DNA of 64,000 nucleotides from Leminorella grimontii ATCC 33999 = DSM 5078. GTDB taxonomy: Bacteria > Pseudomonadota > Gammaproteobacteria > Enterobacterales > Enterobacteriaceae. Position 1 is the stretch's first letter; each line of letters starts with the position of its first letter. The translations under genes and the position numbers were made by a program. The stretch covers positions 180,773 to 244,772 of the forward strand of contig NZ_AUUA01000004.1 of assembly GCF_000439085.1 (NCBI RefSeq). The letters run 5' to 3'. The notes beneath the pieces were generated by a model. That model worked only from the letters and a program-made list of their open reading frames with translations, did no database searches and was not told where the DNA came from. Positions 37,437 to 49,059 of the stretch are shown here, one piece after another.

Positions 37437-38444
37437 TCAGGCGATTTCTACGCTGCCCGTCAGTCGGCAGCTACAGGCCAGAACGTAACCCATGCTGATT
37501 TCATCGTCGGTCAGTGTTGACTGGCTGCTGGTGGTGTAGTCGCCCTGCAAAATTTGAGTTTTGCACGAGCCGCAGATGCCGGAGCGGCAGGCAGCAATCA
37601 CGGGCAGTCTGTTTTGTTCCAGTGCGTACAGCAGCGTAGCGCCCACCGGCACGGAAAAGTCCTGCGCCAGGCGGCGAACGCGCATTTTTATTTCATCGCC
37701 GTTGCCGTCCGCATTTTCCGCCGAAGAGTGAAACCTTTCCTGATAGAAACGCTCTGGCGTAATGCCCAGACGTTCACACAGCGCCTGCGCTTCGTCCATG
37801 TAGCCTTCGGGGCCGCAGGTCATCACGATGCACTTTGTCAGATCGGAAACGTGTTGGCGGACCTGCTCTTCACTAAGCCTGCCTTGAAGAAAGCCTTCTG
37901 AGACAGATGCGCTGGTTGCCAAGCGAAACCGGAGCCTTTGTGGATGATTTTCGCAAAGCGTACGCCACTCTTTGGCAAAAATAACGTCGTTGGGCGTATG
38001 CACGTGATAAATCACGGTCACGTCAGAGTTTGGCCTGTTGGCTAACAGCCAGCGCGTCATGGACATAATGGGCGTTACGCCGCAGCCTCCCGCCAGCATA
38101 AGAAAGGGGGCATCGCCCTTATCGGCGCAGGTAAACTCACCCTGCGCGTCCGACAGCCAGAGGGTGTCTCCGGGCTTAACGTCCTGTGTCAGCCAGTTTG
38201 AACCCTCGCCGTCTTCAATACGACGGACGGTGAGCGTGATAAAGCGGCTGAGGCCCGGCGATGAAGAGAGGGTATAGGCGCGAAGCACTGCATCGCTGTT
38301 GCGAATGCTGACCAGCGCATACTGGCCGGGAGAGTAGGGGTAAAAGTCCTGAGCGATAAGCTCGAGCGTCCAGACGTCGTCGGTTTCCTGATGAACGCCG
38401 TGAACCTGCATAGCGTTGGGGCAAAGGGAAGTCGGAAATGTCAT
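37437..38444 (-). CDS. hcr: NADH oxidoreductase for hybrid-cluster protein (Hcr)
   Basis: MTFPTSLCP...MQVHGVHQETDDVWTL..., FAD/NAD-binding motifs, and C-terminal 2Fe-2S CRSGICGSCKT are collinear with E. coli Hcr. ATG at 38444. Confidence 0.9.
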   Translation of the reverse strand: MTFPTSLCPNAMQVHGVHQETDDVWTLELIAQDFYPYSPGQYALVSIRNSDAVLRAYTLSSSPGLSRFITLTVRRIEDGEGSNWLTQDVKPGDTLWLSDAQGEFTCADKGDAPFLMLAGGCGVTPIMSMTRWLLANRPNSDVTVIYHVHTPNDVIFAKEWRTLCENHPQRLRFRLATSASVSEGFLQGRLSEEQVRQHVSDLTKCIVMTCGPEGYMDEAQALCERLGITPERFYQERFHSSAENADGNGDEIKMRVRRLAQDFSVPVGATLLYALEQNRLPVIAACRSGICGSCKTQILQGDYTTSSQSTLTDDEISMGYVLACSCRLTGSVEIA

Positions 38445-38507
38445 CGTTATCACCTTGAAAGATGCGGGAGCGAAGGGCGTTCGCTCCCGCAAAGCCGGAA
38501 AGAGATA

Positions 38508-40157
38508 TTATGCCGCGAGGATCTCTTCCATATCCTGTTCTACGGTGGTTATCGAGCGCAAGCCGAAGTTGTCCTTCAGTACGTTCATCAGGTTATCCGT
38601 CAGGAAGGCAGGCGCGGTAGGGCCGACATAAATATCCTTTACGCCCAGCGCCAGCAGCGTCAGCAGAATGACGATAGCCTTTTGTTCAAACCAGGACAGC
38701 ACCAGCGTCAAAGGCAGATCGTTAACCGTACAGCCCAGTTTCTCTGACAGCCTGACCGCCAGCATGATGGCGGAGTAGGCGTCGTTGCACTGGCCGACGT
38801 CCAGAAGGCGCGGCAGGCCTTCCAGCGTGCCGAAGTCCAGCTTGTTGAAGCGATACTTACCGCAGGCCAGCGTCATGATCAGGCAGTCCTGAGGCACGCT
38901 GCGGGCGAAGTCGGTATAGTAGCTGCGCTCCGTGCGGCTGCCGTCGCAACCGCCGACCAGAAAGACATGACGAAGCTTTTTCTGCGAGACTAAATCGATA
39001 ACCGTGTCAGCCGCGTTTAACAGCGTCTGGCGGCCGAATCCGACGGTGATATTATGCTCAAGTTCGCTGTAAGGGAAGCCCGCGAGAGACTGAGCCTGTT
39101 CGATAATCTGGCTGAAGTCGTCGCCTTTGAGATGCTTGACGCCCGGCCAGCCGACGATGCTGCGCGTCCAGATGCGATCGCCGTAGTTACCGACGTTAGG
39201 ATCGATAATGCAGTTTGATGTCATGACGATGGGGCCAGGGAACTTGGCGAATTCGGTTTGTTGATTCTGCCAGCCGCTGCCGTAGTTGCCGACCAGATGC
39301 TTGAACTTGCGCAGCTCCGGATAGCCGTGGGCCGGCAGCATTTCGCCATGGGTATATACGTTGACGCCGGTGCCTTCCGTTTGTTGCAGCAGCATGTGCA
39401 GGTCTTTCAGGTCATGGCCGGAAATCAGAATCGCTTTACCGGCGACGGGCTTCACGTTAACGGATACCGGCGTCGGATCGCCGTAAGCGCTGGTTTCACC
39501 GCGATCGAGCATGGCCATGATGCGAAAGTTCATGTGGCCAATCTGCATGGATTTTTCCAGCAGGTCGCCCATCTCGCTTGGCTGCGTTCCCAGCCAGGAC
39601 ATCAGCTGATGAAACTCGGCGTATACGCCTTCATCGTATTGGCCTAGCACCAGTGCGTGCTCCATATAGGCGGCGGCGCCTTTTAGCCCGTAGAGGCAAA
39701 GCATTCTCAGGCCGTGAATGTCGTCGCCGATTTCCGTTTTGTCCTTGTTCAGCGCAAATTCTGTCGCCTGCTCGAGCAGCTGAGGAAGCGTATCGGCGAG
39801 GGTAAGTTTCGCCATCGGATGGTCAAGAGTGACTGCGGCGTTTTGAGCCTGGCAGCGTTCGGCCAGAGAGGCTCTCATTTCGATAGCGTCTCTGGCGTAG
39901 GCGATGATGCGGTCGCTGTCGAAGTTAACGTTGGTGAGGGTGGAGAAAAAGGCTTTAGGTACGAAGGCGTCAATCTGATGATCGACAATGCCCAGATCGC
40001 GCGCTTTAGCCGCCCATGCTGAAAGTCCTTCCAGTACGGCAACCAGCAGGTCCTGCAGGTCTGAAACTTCGGCCGTTTTGCCGCACATGCCTTGAGCATA
40101 GGAGCAGCCGTTGCCGGCAGGAGTACGGATAGTTTGTTCACATTGTACGCAATACAT
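38508..40157 (-). CDS. hcp: hybrid-cluster protein / hydroxylamine reductase
   Basis: [30 protein letters not shown] is near-identical to E. coli Hcp. 549 aa. Confidence 0.95.
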   Translation of the reverse strand: MYCVQCEQTIRTPAGNGCSYAQGMCGKTAEVSDLQDLLVAVLEGLSAWAAKARDLGIVDHQIDAFVPKAFFSTLTNVNFDSDRIIAYARDAIEMRASLAERCQAQNAAVTLDHPMAKLTLADTLPQLLEQATEFALNKDKTEIGDDIHGLRMLCLYGLKGAAAYMEHALVLGQYDEGVYAEFHQLMSWLGTQPSEMGDLLEKSMQIGHMNFRIMAMLDRGETSAYGDPTPVSVNVKPVAGKAILISGHDLKDLHMLLQQTEGTGVNVYTHGEMLPAHGYPELRKFKHLVGNYGSGWQNQQTEFAKFPGPIVMTSNCIIDPNVGNYGDRIWTRSIVGWPGVKHLKGDDFSQIIEQAQSLAGFPYSELEHNITVGFGRQTLLNAADTVIDLVSQKKLRHVFLVGGCDGSRTERSYYTDFARSVPQDCLIMTLACGKYRFNKLDFGTLEGLPRLLDVGQCNDAYSAIMLAVRLSEKLGCTVNDLPLTLVLSWFEQKAIVILLTLLALGVKDIYVGPTAPAFLTDNLMNVLKDNFGLRSITTVEQDMEEILAA

Positions 40158-40288
40158 AATGAATTATCCTATAAGTTGTATTTTATATTCATGTTTAATG
40201 GTAAGGGAGAGCGGCGCGTTTAAACAGGACTTTTTAGTGCAACTTCAAGGTCGCTTGATCGAAATCAATATTTTCTGCAGAAAGGCCT

Positions 40289-41191
40289 TTAGGCCGCCGA
40301 GAATAGCGCCATAAAGACCGGGGCGAGGAGGCTTAGAATAAAGCCGTGAACGATGGCTGCGGGGACGATTTCTACACCGCCGCTGCGCTGTAGAACCGGC
40401 AGAGTGAAGTCCATCGACGTAGCGCCGCAAACGCCGAGCGCCGCAGACTGGCGGCGTTGGATAAGTGAAGGAATAACCAGGATCGCGGCCAGCTCGCGCG
40501 CCAAATCGTTAAAAAAGGCGGCGCTACCGAGGACGGGGCCGAAGGCGTCGGTAAGTAAAATGCCGGAAAGGGAATACCAACCGTATCCGGAGGACATGGC
40601 GATGCCGACGTTAATCGGCAGCCCAAGAAGTAGCGCCGCAAGCGAGCCGCCGACGGCGGCGCTGAGGGCGACCGTCAGCGCAATCGCCGCACCGCGCTTG
40701 TTAAGCGTGATTTCTTTAATCGTCATCCCGCTGTTTCTAAGCTGAATGCCTATCAGAAGCAGCAGAATAACCAGCGCGACTTCGCTGGCGGTAGAGGCAT
40801 GCTTTAGCCAAGGGTAATGGGTCAGGCCTATCAGAAACCCACCCGCAACGACGCCGCAAAGCTGCAGCGACTCCAAAATCATGTGCAGCCGGGAGCCGGC
40901 CTCTTTTTTCAGACGGGGCAAACGCCAAGGCCAGCGTTTATCCAGAAGGAGCAGCGCTATCAGGTTGGTGCCGAAAATAGCGATAAAAAACGTCACGCTG
41001 TAAAGCAGAATGGTTTGCAGGTTAGCGGCAAGATTGTCGAGAAAGGCCAGGCTAATCCCCATAAAAAACAGTATGATGTAGACCATCGCCCCCAGCGTTC
41101 GGTGGATCGTGCGCAGCGCATCGACGCTCTTTAAAGGAATGAGGTAGCCTGCGATGAGTGGGAGTAAAACGATGGCCAATCCGGAATACAT
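40289..41191 (-). CDS. lysO: lysine exporter LysO (YbjE)
   Basis: 300-aa polytopic membrane protein collinear with E. coli YbjE. The position after hcp is conserved. Confidence 0.85.
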   Translation of the reverse strand: MYSGLAIVLLPLIAGYLIPLKSVDALRTIHRTLGAMVYIILFFMGISLAFLDNLAANLQTILLYSVTFFIAIFGTNLIALLLLDKRWPWRLPRLKKEAGSRLHMILESLQLCGVVAGGFLIGLTHYPWLKHASTASEVALVILLLLIGIQLRNSGMTIKEITLNKRGAAIALTVALSAAVGGSLAALLLGLPINVGIAMSSGYGWYSLSGILLTDAFGPVLGSAAFFNDLARELAAILVIPSLIQRRQSAALGVCGATSMDFTLPVLQRSGGVEIVPAAIVHGFILSLLAPVFMALFSAA

Positions 41192-41409
41192 AGCCTTCCA
41201 ACGGCGTTAGTGAACAATAGGATAACGCTAACCAAAAGCGGTCGCAGAGTAAAGGCGAGGCAGGAAAAAAGAGCGCATAAGCGGTTTTACCTCTCGTTTT
41301 TTACGGCGATCCGTCGCATTTGAAGTCGACTGGAATATAATTATGTTATCAGTCAGCCAATTAAAGTTAAGAAAATAGCCTAAACGACCGACCTGGGAGA
41401 AAACAAAGC

Positions 41410-43077
41410 ATGTTTTTAGAGCGCGTTGAAATCGTCGGTTTTCGAGGTATTAACAGGCTATCGCTGTTGTTGAACGACAACGTGGTTTTAATCGGTGAGA
41501 ACGCCTGGGGTAAGTCCAGCCTGCTGGACGCGCTGACGCTGCTGTTTTCGCCCGGCAACGGACTCTATCAGTTTAGGCTACAGGACTTTCACTATCCCTT
41601 AGGCGATATTTCATCCCGGCTTGACCACCTGCACATTGTCCTAACGTTTTGCGCCCGTGAAGTGGATACGCCCGAACAGCCCAAGTTTCAGCGCATTCGC
41701 CCTCTATGGGTAAAAAACGGGGACGCGCTGTCCCGCATTTTTTATCGCCTCGAGGCCGACGTTCAGGAAGACGAGAGCGTGGTGACGACCCGCTCGTTTC
41801 TTGATAGCCACGGTCAAACGCTGGAGCTGGACAACGTCGACGATATCGCAAGAGAGATAACGCGCCTGCATCCCGTACTGCGGCTGCGGGATGCGCGATT
41901 CGGGCTGCGCCTGAAGAACGGCACGTTGTTTAGCGAAGGCGAGAACGATACGCTGACCCGGCAGCTCAGCCGGCTGGCGACAGAGCTGGAGTGCAACCCC
42001 CACAAGATTAGCGACAAGGAGCTAAAGCTCGGGCTTCAGGCCATCCACGCGCTGTTAAAACACTACTTTTCCGCACAGTTTGCCAAAGAGGGCGGAGAAA
42101 CCGCGACGTATCGTAACGAGCGCTATCGCCGCGATACCCTACTGTGGCAGTCGCTGACTTACTTAAACCAGCTGCTGTCAGAACCGGAAAGCCGCCACAT
42201 GCGGCTAATTCTTCTGGGCGTGTTTTCCGCGCTGATTAACGCGCGCGGGCCGGAATATCTGGACGAAAAGGCCATTCCTCTGCTGCTGATTGAAGACCCG
42301 GAGAGCCGCCTGCACCCGATTATGCTGTCGGCGGCATGGGGGCTGTTGGACAACCTACCTTTGCAGAAAATTACCACCACTAATTCCGGAGACCTGCTGT
42401 CTTTGGTTCCTTTAGAGAGCGTAAGTCGGCTGGTGCGCCAGTCAAACCGTACGGCGGCGTTTAAAATTGACGCCGGCGAGCTTAACGTTCAGGAACGTCG
42501 GCGGATTTCGTTTCATATTCGGCTCAATCGCGCCTCGTCGCTGTTCGCCAGAAGCTGGTTACTGGTGGAAGGAGAAACGGAGGTATGGCTGCTAACCGAG
42601 CTGGCGCGCCAGTGCGGCTACCATTTCGAGAGCGAGGGCATCAAGGTTATCGAGTTTGCCCAAAGCGGGCTGAAGCCGCTGCTTAAGTACGCCAGCCGCA
42701 TGGGCATCGAGTGGCACGTTTTGGTCGACGGCGACGATGCGGGAAAGAAATATGCCGAAACGGTGCGCTCTTTTGTCAACGGCTCCGGCGACAGCGATCG
42801 CGAGCGGCTGACCCAGCTCCCCGCATTGGATATGGAAAACTTTATGTACAAGGCCGGGTTTAGCGAGGTGTACCACACCGCGTCGGGAATACCGATGAAC
42901 GTCCATATGCCGATGCGTAAAATCATTAGTAAGGCAATTCAGCACAGCTCGAAGCCGGATTTAGCCATTGAAGTCGCAGAACGTGCGGGCGCGCTGGGGA
43001 CGGAGAGCATACCGCCATTGTTAAAAAGGATGTTCTCTCGCATTCTCTGGCTGGCGAGAGGAAGGGCAAGCGCCTGA
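41410..43077 (+). CDS. ybjD: OLD-family ATP-dependent endonuclease YbjD
   Basis: MFLERVEIVGFRGINRLSL...IGENAWGKSSLLDAL (ABC-type ATPase) and a C-terminal TOPRIM-like region. Collinear with E. coli YbjD in its conserved location. Confidence 0.9.
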   Translation: MFLERVEIVGFRGINRLSLLLNDNVVLIGENAWGKSSLLDALTLLFSPGNGLYQFRLQDFHYPLGDISSRLDHLHIVLTFCAREVDTPEQPKFQRIRPLWVKNGDALSRIFYRLEADVQEDESVVTTRSFLDSHGQTLELDNVDDIAREITRLHPVLRLRDARFGLRLKNGTLFSEGENDTLTRQLSRLATELECNPHKISDKELKLGLQAIHALLKHYFSAQFAKEGGETATYRNERYRRDTLLWQSLTYLNQLLSEPESRHMRLILLGVFSALINARGPEYLDEKAIPLLLIEDPESRLHPIMLSAAWGLLDNLPLQKITTTNSGDLLSLVPLESVSRLVRQSNRTAAFKIDAGELNVQERRRISFHIRLNRASSLFARSWLLVEGETEVWLLTELARQCGYHFESEGIKVIEFAQSGLKPLLKYASRMGIEWHVLVDGDDAGKKYAETVRSFVNGSGDSDRERLTQLPALDMENFMYKAGFSEVYHTASGIPMNVHMPMRKIISKAIQHSSKPDLAIEVAERAGALGTESIPPLLKRMFSRILWLARGRASA

Positions 43078-43389
43078 CGCTTTAGCAGCAAGCGGTTTCT
43101 CTTCCCCGGGCGCATAAGAATATGCGCCTTTTCTTTCCAACGGTTTAGCCGATAGGTGAAATAGTTACAATAAATTGTTCTCTTTAACGCACACAAAAAT
43201 GGCTGATTATTGAGATACCATTGAGGCAGAAAACCCTACGCGAGTGTTGAAAAAAGAAGAAAAGAGCCCAATGATAGTGGTAGAGAATATCCCCCACATT
43301 GCACCGTTCTGAAACAGACGCCAAGCGTAGAGTAGATCGGTAAAATGAGTAAAGAAGAGTAAGCGTCATGAGAGAACGGCACGTAACGC

Positions 43390-43716
43390 ATGAATAATTT
43401 ATACGATTGGCTAAGCTTGGAAGAGAGCGTAGCGTCAGAGGAAGAAGCCGCGCTTAAACAGCAACCGCCGCCGATGTATCAGGTTATACTGAATAATGAT
43501 GACTATACGCCGATGGATTTTGTGGTGGAGGTTTTACAGAGGTTTTTTTCCTTCGATCTTGAAAAGGCAACGCGGCTGATGTTGGCCGTTCACTATCAGG
43601 GAAAAGCAATATGCGGGGTATTTACTGCGGAAATTGCCGAGACCAAAGTTACGCAAGTTAATCGCTACGCGCGAGAGAATGAGCATCCGTTGCTGTGTAC
43701 GTTAGAAAAGGCCTGA
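43390..43716 (+). CDS. clpS: ClpA adaptor ClpS
   Basis: [25 protein letters not shown]...[22 protein letters not shown] is near-identical to E. coli ClpS. Confidence 0.95.
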   Translation: MNNLYDWLSLEESVASEEEAALKQQPPPMYQVILNNDDYTPMDFVVEVLQRFFSFDLEKATRLMLAVHYQGKAICGVFTAEIAETKVTQVNRYARENEHPLLCTLEKA

Positions 43717-43735
43717 AAAGGCGATTGATGAGGAG

Positions 43736-46024
43736 GTGCCCATGCTTAATCAAGAACTGGAACTTAGTCTCAATGTGGCATTTGCGAGAGCCAGGGAACA
43801 GCGTCATGAATACCTGACCGTAGAGCATCTTCTTCTTGCTTTATTAAGTAACCCAGCGGCCAGAGAAGCGCTGGACGCCTGCCAGGTTGACGTCGTCACA
43901 TTGCATAATGAGCTGGAAACGTTCATTAGCCAAAACACGCCCCGCCTACAGGAAGGGCGTCCTGAATCCGATACTCAGCCGACGCTGAGTTTCCAGCGGG
44001 TTTTACAGCGCGCCGTGTTTCACGTGCAGTCGTCTGGCCGCACGGAGGTCAACGGCGCCAACGTGCTGGTGGCCATTTTTAGCGAGCAGGAGTCCCATGC
44101 GGCCTACCTGCTGCGCAAGCACGACGTCAGTCGCCTCGACATCGTGAACTTCATATCCCACGGTACCCGTAAAGACGGCTCTCAGGACGACATGGGAGCC
44201 CAAGGCTCGCTGTCTAACGAAGAGGAGCAGCCCGGCGGTGAAGAGCGGATGGATAACTTCACCTCCAATCTCAATCAGCTGGCGCAAAACGGCGGTATAG
44301 ATCCGCTGATTGGCCGCGAGCTTGAACTGGAGAGAACCATCCAGGTGCTGTGCCGTCGCCGTAAGAATAACCCGCTGCTGGTGGGGGAGTCCGGCGTAGG
44401 CAAAACGGCGATCGCCGAGGGGCTGGCGTGGCGCATCGTTCAGGGGCATGTCCCCGAAGCGATGGCTAACTGTACCGTATATTCGCTCGACATTGGCGCG
44501 CTGCTGGCGGGAACCAAATATCGCGGCGATTTCGAAAAACGCTTCAAGGCGCTGTTAAAGCAGTTGGAAGCCGACAAGAACAGTATTCTGTTCATCGATG
44601 AAATTCACACCATCATCGGGGCAGGTGCCGCTTCCGGCGGGCAGGTAGACGTCGCAAACCTGATTAAACCGATGCTGTCTAACGGTCGGATCCGCGTTAT
44701 GGGTTCGACGACCTATCAGGAGTTCAGCAATATCTTTGAGAAGGATCGCGCGCTTTCTCGCCGCTTCCAGAAGATTGATATTACGGAGCCTTCCGCTGAG
44801 GAGACCGTACAGATCCTGATGGGCCTGAAGGCGAAGTATGAGCACCATCACGACGTGCGCTATACCACCAAGGCTATTCGCGCCGCGGTTGAGCTGTCGC
44901 AGAAATACATCAACGACCGCCATCAGCCGGATAAAGCGATTGACGTGATTGACGAGGCGGGGGCCTATGCGCGCCTGGTGCCAGCCAATAAGCGGAAAAA
45001 GACGATTAACGTCAGCGATATTGAAACCATCGTAGCCAAGATAGCCCGCATTCCGGAAAAGACCGTGTCGGCAAACGACAGAACGGTGCTGAAGACGCTG
45101 GCGGAGCGGATGAGCATGATGATCTTCGGTCAGGACAACGCCATTTCGGCGCTGACGGAGGCCATCAAGATGAGCCGCGCCGGGCTTGGCGACGATCGTA
45201 AGCCCGTCGGTTCCTTCCTGTTCGCAGGTCCTACCGGGGTCGGCAAGACCGAGGTGACGGTTCAACTGGCCAAGGCGCTGGGCATCGAGCTCTTGCGCTT
45301 TGATATGTCCGAATACATGGAACGCCACACCGTCAGCCGCTTAATCGGCGCGCCTCCCGGCTATGTTGGCTTCGATCAGGGCGGTTTGCTGACCGATGCG
45401 GTGATCAAACATCCGCACTCGGTGCTGCTGCTCGATGAAATCGAAAAGGCCCATCCGGACGTCTTTAACCTACTGCTGCAGGTGATGGACAACGGCACCC
45501 TGACGGATAACAACGGTCGTAAGGCCGATTTCCGCAACGTCATTTTGGTGATGACCACCAACGCCGGGGTACAGGAGACGCAGCGCGAGTCCATCGGTTT
45601 CAGAGTGCAGGACAACCGTACTGACGCGCTGGGCGAAATCAAGAAGGTGTTTACGCCGGAATTCCGCAACCGGTTGGACGGCATCATCTGGTTTAACCAT
45701 CTGTCCGAAGCGGTTATTCAGCAGGTCGTCGACAAGTTCATCGTCGAGCTTCAGGCGCAGCTGGATGCGAAGGGGATTTCGCTGGAAGTTAGTCAGGACG
45801 CTCGCCGTTGGCTGGCAGAAAAAGGATACGACAAGGCAATGGGCGCTCGCCCCATGGCAAGAGCGATCCAGGAACACCTGAAGAAGCCGCTAACCAACGA
45901 GCTGCTGTTCGGCAAATTGGTGAACGGAGGCTCGGTCAGCGTAACGCTTGACGCACGCACGAGCGCTTTGGCGTACCAGTTTGAAAGCGTGAAAAAGGCG
46001 AAAATAGAGAAGGCCGTTCACTAA
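43736..46024 (+). CDS. clpA: ATP-dependent Clp protease ATP-binding subunit ClpA
   Basis: 762 aa. Two AAA+ modules ([15 protein letters not shown]; [18 protein letters not shown]). N-domain [19 protein letters not shown]. Confidence 0.97.
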   Translation: MPMLNQELELSLNVAFARAREQRHEYLTVEHLLLALLSNPAAREALDACQVDVVTLHNELETFISQNTPRLQEGRPESDTQPTLSFQRVLQRAVFHVQSSGRTEVNGANVLVAIFSEQESHAAYLLRKHDVSRLDIVNFISHGTRKDGSQDDMGAQGSLSNEEEQPGGEERMDNFTSNLNQLAQNGGIDPLIGRELELERTIQVLCRRRKNNPLLVGESGVGKTAIAEGLAWRIVQGHVPEAMANCTVYSLDIGALLAGTKYRGDFEKRFKALLKQLEADKNSILFIDEIHTIIGAGAASGGQVDVANLIKPMLSNGRIRVMGSTTYQEFSNIFEKDRALSRRFQKIDITEPSAEETVQILMGLKAKYEHHHDVRYTTKAIRAAVELSQKYINDRHQPDKAIDVIDEAGAYARLVPANKRKKTINVSDIETIVAKIARIPEKTVSANDRTVLKTLAERMSMMIFGQDNAISALTEAIKMSRAGLGDDRKPVGSFLFAGPTGVGKTEVTVQLAKALGIELLRFDMSEYMERHTVSRLIGAPPGYVGFDQGGLLTDAVIKHPHSVLLLDEIEKAHPDVFNLLLQVMDNGTLTDNNGRKADFRNVILVMTTNAGVQETQRESIGFRVQDNRTDALGEIKKVFTPEFRNRLDGIIWFNHLSEAVIQQVVDKFIVELQAQLDAKGISLEVSQDARRWLAEKGYDKAMGARPMARAIQEHLKKPLTNELLFGKLVNGGSVSVTLDARTSALAYQFESVKKAKIEKAVH

Positions 46025-46039
46025 CGTATCCTATACTAC

Positions 46040-46165
46040 TCTAAATAATTCGAGTTGCAGAAAGGTGGCAAGAGAGTGAATCCCGATGAGCTTACATAAG
46101 TAAGTGATTCGGGTGAACGAGCGCAGCCAACGCATCTGCAACTTGAAGTATGACGAGTAGAAATA
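46040..46165. repeat. ERIC (enterobacterial repetitive intergenic consensus / IRU) element
   Basis: GTGAATCCCGATGAGCTTACATAAGTAAGTGATTCGGGTGAACGAGCGCAGCCAACGCATCTGCAACTTGAAGTATGACGAGTA matches the ERIC core consensus. Flanking inverted repeat agttgcag/ctgcaact. Confidence 0.8.
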
Positions 46166-46197
46166 AAACGCCCTTGCCGTTTCAGGTAAGGGCGTAG
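46163..46197 (-). terminator. intrinsic terminator of infA
   Basis: On the minus strand, stem cgccctt...aagggcg is followed by a T-run. Confidence 0.6.
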
Positions 46198-46244
46198 GAG
46201 CGCTTATCGCTCCACGGTTTACGCATGTGCGTATAAACCGTCTA

Positions 46245-46481
<237 letters not shown>

Positions 46482-46609
46482 CTACCTTAGTTTTTAACCG
46501 GCAAGATAATGCCGAAAAACAAGCAAAGAGTAAAGAAAAGAGTGCGAACTAAGCCGGGTTATTACGGTTATGAATTAGTTCGGCCGCGTATTATAGCGCG
46601 CTATTTCTT

Positions 46610-47323
46610 TTAAGGGTTTTTATTATAGCTGAAATTTAATTCCTGTGGTTGCCAGCAGAGTGAAGGGAGCATATGGTCTCGAAGATCTGACAATCGCTGT
46701 CGATAGTCCGAGCGGGGGATCTCTATCACACCGAGAGACGCCGTGTGGTCGTTAAGGATCTGGCAGTCGATGAGCCTGCCGCCGTAGTCAATAAAGTGCC
46801 GACAGAATGCGTATAGCGCAAGCTTAGAGGCGTTGCTTCTTCGGCTGAACATCGATTCGCCGCAAAACATGGCGCCCTGTGCGATGCCGTATAGTCCGCC
46901 TATCAGCTCATCCTCCTGCCAAACTTCAACCGAGTGGGCTATGCCCTGGTGGTGTAGCTGCAAATATGCCTTTTGCATCTGCGGCGCAATCCAGGTGCCT
47001 TCATCCCGTTCGTTCGCGCAGGCGTGAATAACGTGTTCGAACGCGTGGTTTAGCGTGACGCGAAAATCCGTACGCTTTAAGAACTTGATCATGCTTCGAC
47101 TGACGTGCAGCTCGCCGGGGAACAGCACGGCCCTTGGGTCCGGAGACCACCATAAGATAGGATCGTCAGGGCTGAACCAGGGGAATATCCCGTTTCGGTA
47201 GGCGTTTTTCAGCCGTTCGGGCGAAAGGTCGCCCCCCAGCGCCAAAAGACCGTTAGGGTCGTTCAGCGCGAGGTCTATTGGCGGAAACTCAATAGAGTGG
47301 GGAGAGAGCTGAATTAAAGGCAT
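46610..47323 (-). CDS. aat: leucyl/phenylalanyl-tRNA--protein transferase
   Basis: 237 aa collinear with E. coli Aat ([14 protein letters not shown]...[21 protein letters not shown]). Confidence 0.95.
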   Translation of the reverse strand: MPLIQLSPHSIEFPPIDLALNDPNGLLALGGDLSPERLKNAYRNGIFPWFSPDDPILWWSPDPRAVLFPGELHVSRSMIKFLKRTDFRVTLNHAFEHVIHACANERDEGTWIAPQMQKAYLQLHHQGIAHSVEVWQEDELIGGLYGIAQGAMFCGESMFSRRSNASKLALYAFCRHFIDYGGRLIDCQILNDHTASLGVIEIPRSDYRQRLSDLRDHMLPSLCWQPQELNFSYNKNP

Positions 47324-47338
47324 TTGTTAACGTTCACC

Positions 47339-49057
47339 TTATCGCTGATGGAAGCGATAGTATTGTCCCTTCTGCGCCAGCAGCGTCTCGTGGTTGCCCT
47401 GTTCAACGATGCGGCCCTCGTCCATTACGTAAATTTTATCCATATGGTCTAAGTCTGACAGGCGGTGAGTGATCAGAATGACCGTCTTTTCCCGGCAGTG
47501 GGTGCGAAGCGCAAGCAGAATTTGCTTTTCCGTGTCTGCGTCCAGCCCTTCCGTCGGTTCATCGAGCAGGACCAGCGGAGCGCCGTGCAGCAGCACTCTG
47601 GCTAGCCCGATGCGGCGCTGTTCGCCGCCGGACAGCGGACGACCGCCTTCGCCGAGCCAGGCGTTCAGCCCCTCTTTTGCAAGCAGAGCGCCGAGCCCTA
47701 CGCGTTCCAGCACATCAGACAGGCGGGCATCGTCAGCGTTTGGCGCCGCCATCTTCAGATTATCGCGGAGCGTCGCGCTGAATATGTGAACCCGCTGCGT
47801 AACGACGACCATCATGTCGCGCAGGGTTGCCTCGTCGTAGTCGGCCAACGGGCGTCCATTAAGCGTAATCTGACCATGCTGCGGGTCCCAGGCTCGCGTA
47901 AGCAGCTGAAGCAAGGTCGATTTGCCGCAGCCGGTGCGGCCCAGCAAGGCTACGTGTTCACCGGCGTTAACGTGAAAGTCGATGTCTTTCAGCACAGGAA
48001 ACGGCTGATTACGATAGGTAAATTCAATCGCCTGAACGGAGAGCGCCGCCTGCGGCGAAGCGCCAACCTTCTGCGTAGGAAATTCTACCTCAGGCTTTTG
48101 TTCAATAATCTGGTGTACCCGTTCGGCGGAAGACATCACCTGTCCGAGATGGAGGAAAGCGCCGGCGACCGGCGCAAGCGCTTCAAAGGCGGCCAGAGAA
48201 ATAAAAACGAACAGGGCGATATAGGCGCCAGGATGAGTATCTCCGCCAACGCCTGCGGCAGCTAGCCAAAGAATGAGAATAAACGTTAGCCCGGAAGCCA
48301 GCGTCATCAGCGACTGAGAGGCGGCATTGAGCCGAGCCTGCTTTTTCTGCTGAGTTAGCCACTGCCGTTCGGTGTCGTCCAGCTTATGGCGAAACGCGCC
48401 CAAGGCGCCAAAAACGGCCAGCTCCGCCTGGCCCTGCAGCCAGGCGGTTAGCTGCCCGCGATAGTCGCTTCGTAGTGAGGTCAGCGCAACGCCAATCGGC
48501 TTGCCGGTTCGATAGAACAGCGTAGGAATGACGCACAGCAGCGCCAGCATAATGCCGCCCAGCGTCAGGGCCAGGAAGACGTCGAGAACGCTAAGGCCGA
48601 TAGTAACGACTAAAATGACGGCAACGGCGCTGACCAAGGGCGACATAAGCCGAAGGTAAAGGTGGTCAAGCGTATCGACGTCGGCCACCAGTCGGTTAAG
48701 CAGCTCGGCCTGACGGAAGCGGGCAATCGCGCCGGGAGAAAGCGGCAGGATCTTCTGAAAGGTGAACGTACGCAGGTGCGCGAGCACGCGAAACGTTGCA
48801 TCATGACTGGCCAACCTTTCGGCGTAGCGAGCGGCGGTGCGTATAATCGCGGAACCGCGCACGCCGGCGGCAGGCAGCATGTAGTTAAAGGTCAGCAGAC
48901 CTGCCAGCCCGGCCAGCGCCGAAGCGGCTAAAAACCAGCCGGACAGGGTGAGCAGCCCTATGCTTGCGAGGATCGTAACGATTGCCAACGCCATGCCGAG
49001 CGTCAGGCGAAACCAATGGCGGCGATACAGAGCCAGGAAGGGCAGCAGCGCTTTCAT
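47339..49057 (-). CDS. cydC: cysteine/glutathione ABC exporter CydC
   Basis: 572 aa. 6-TM domain plus NBD (GRTGCGKSTLLQLL, LSGGEQRR). Immediately downstream of cydD. Confidence 0.9.
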   Translation of the reverse strand: MKALLPFLALYRRHWFRLTLGMALAIVTILASIGLLTLSGWFLAASALAGLAGLLTFNYMLPAAGVRGSAIIRTAARYAERLASHDATFRVLAHLRTFTFQKILPLSPGAIARFRQAELLNRLVADVDTLDHLYLRLMSPLVSAVAVILVVTIGLSVLDVFLALTLGGIMLALLCVIPTLFYRTGKPIGVALTSLRSDYRGQLTAWLQGQAELAVFGALGAFRHKLDDTERQWLTQQKKQARLNAASQSLMTLASGLTFILILWLAAAGVGGDTHPGAYIALFVFISLAAFEALAPVAGAFLHLGQVMSSAERVHQIIEQKPEVEFPTQKVGASPQAALSVQAIEFTYRNQPFPVLKDIDFHVNAGEHVALLGRTGCGKSTLLQLLTRAWDPQHGQITLNGRPLADYDEATLRDMMVVVTQRVHIFSATLRDNLKMAAPNADDARLSDVLERVGLGALLAKEGLNAWLGEGGRPLSGGEQRRIGLARVLLHGAPLVLLDEPTEGLDADTEKQILLALRTHCREKTVILITHRLSDLDHMDKIYVMDEGRIVEQGNHETLLAQKGQYYRFHQR

Positions 49058-49059
49058 TT

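Noticed and set aside
41410-43077. ybjD OLD-family nuclease as a possible defense gene
   Set aside because: It sits in its conserved core position (lysO-ybjD-clpS) as in E. coli, with host-like composition. Housekeeping paralogue, not an accessory system.
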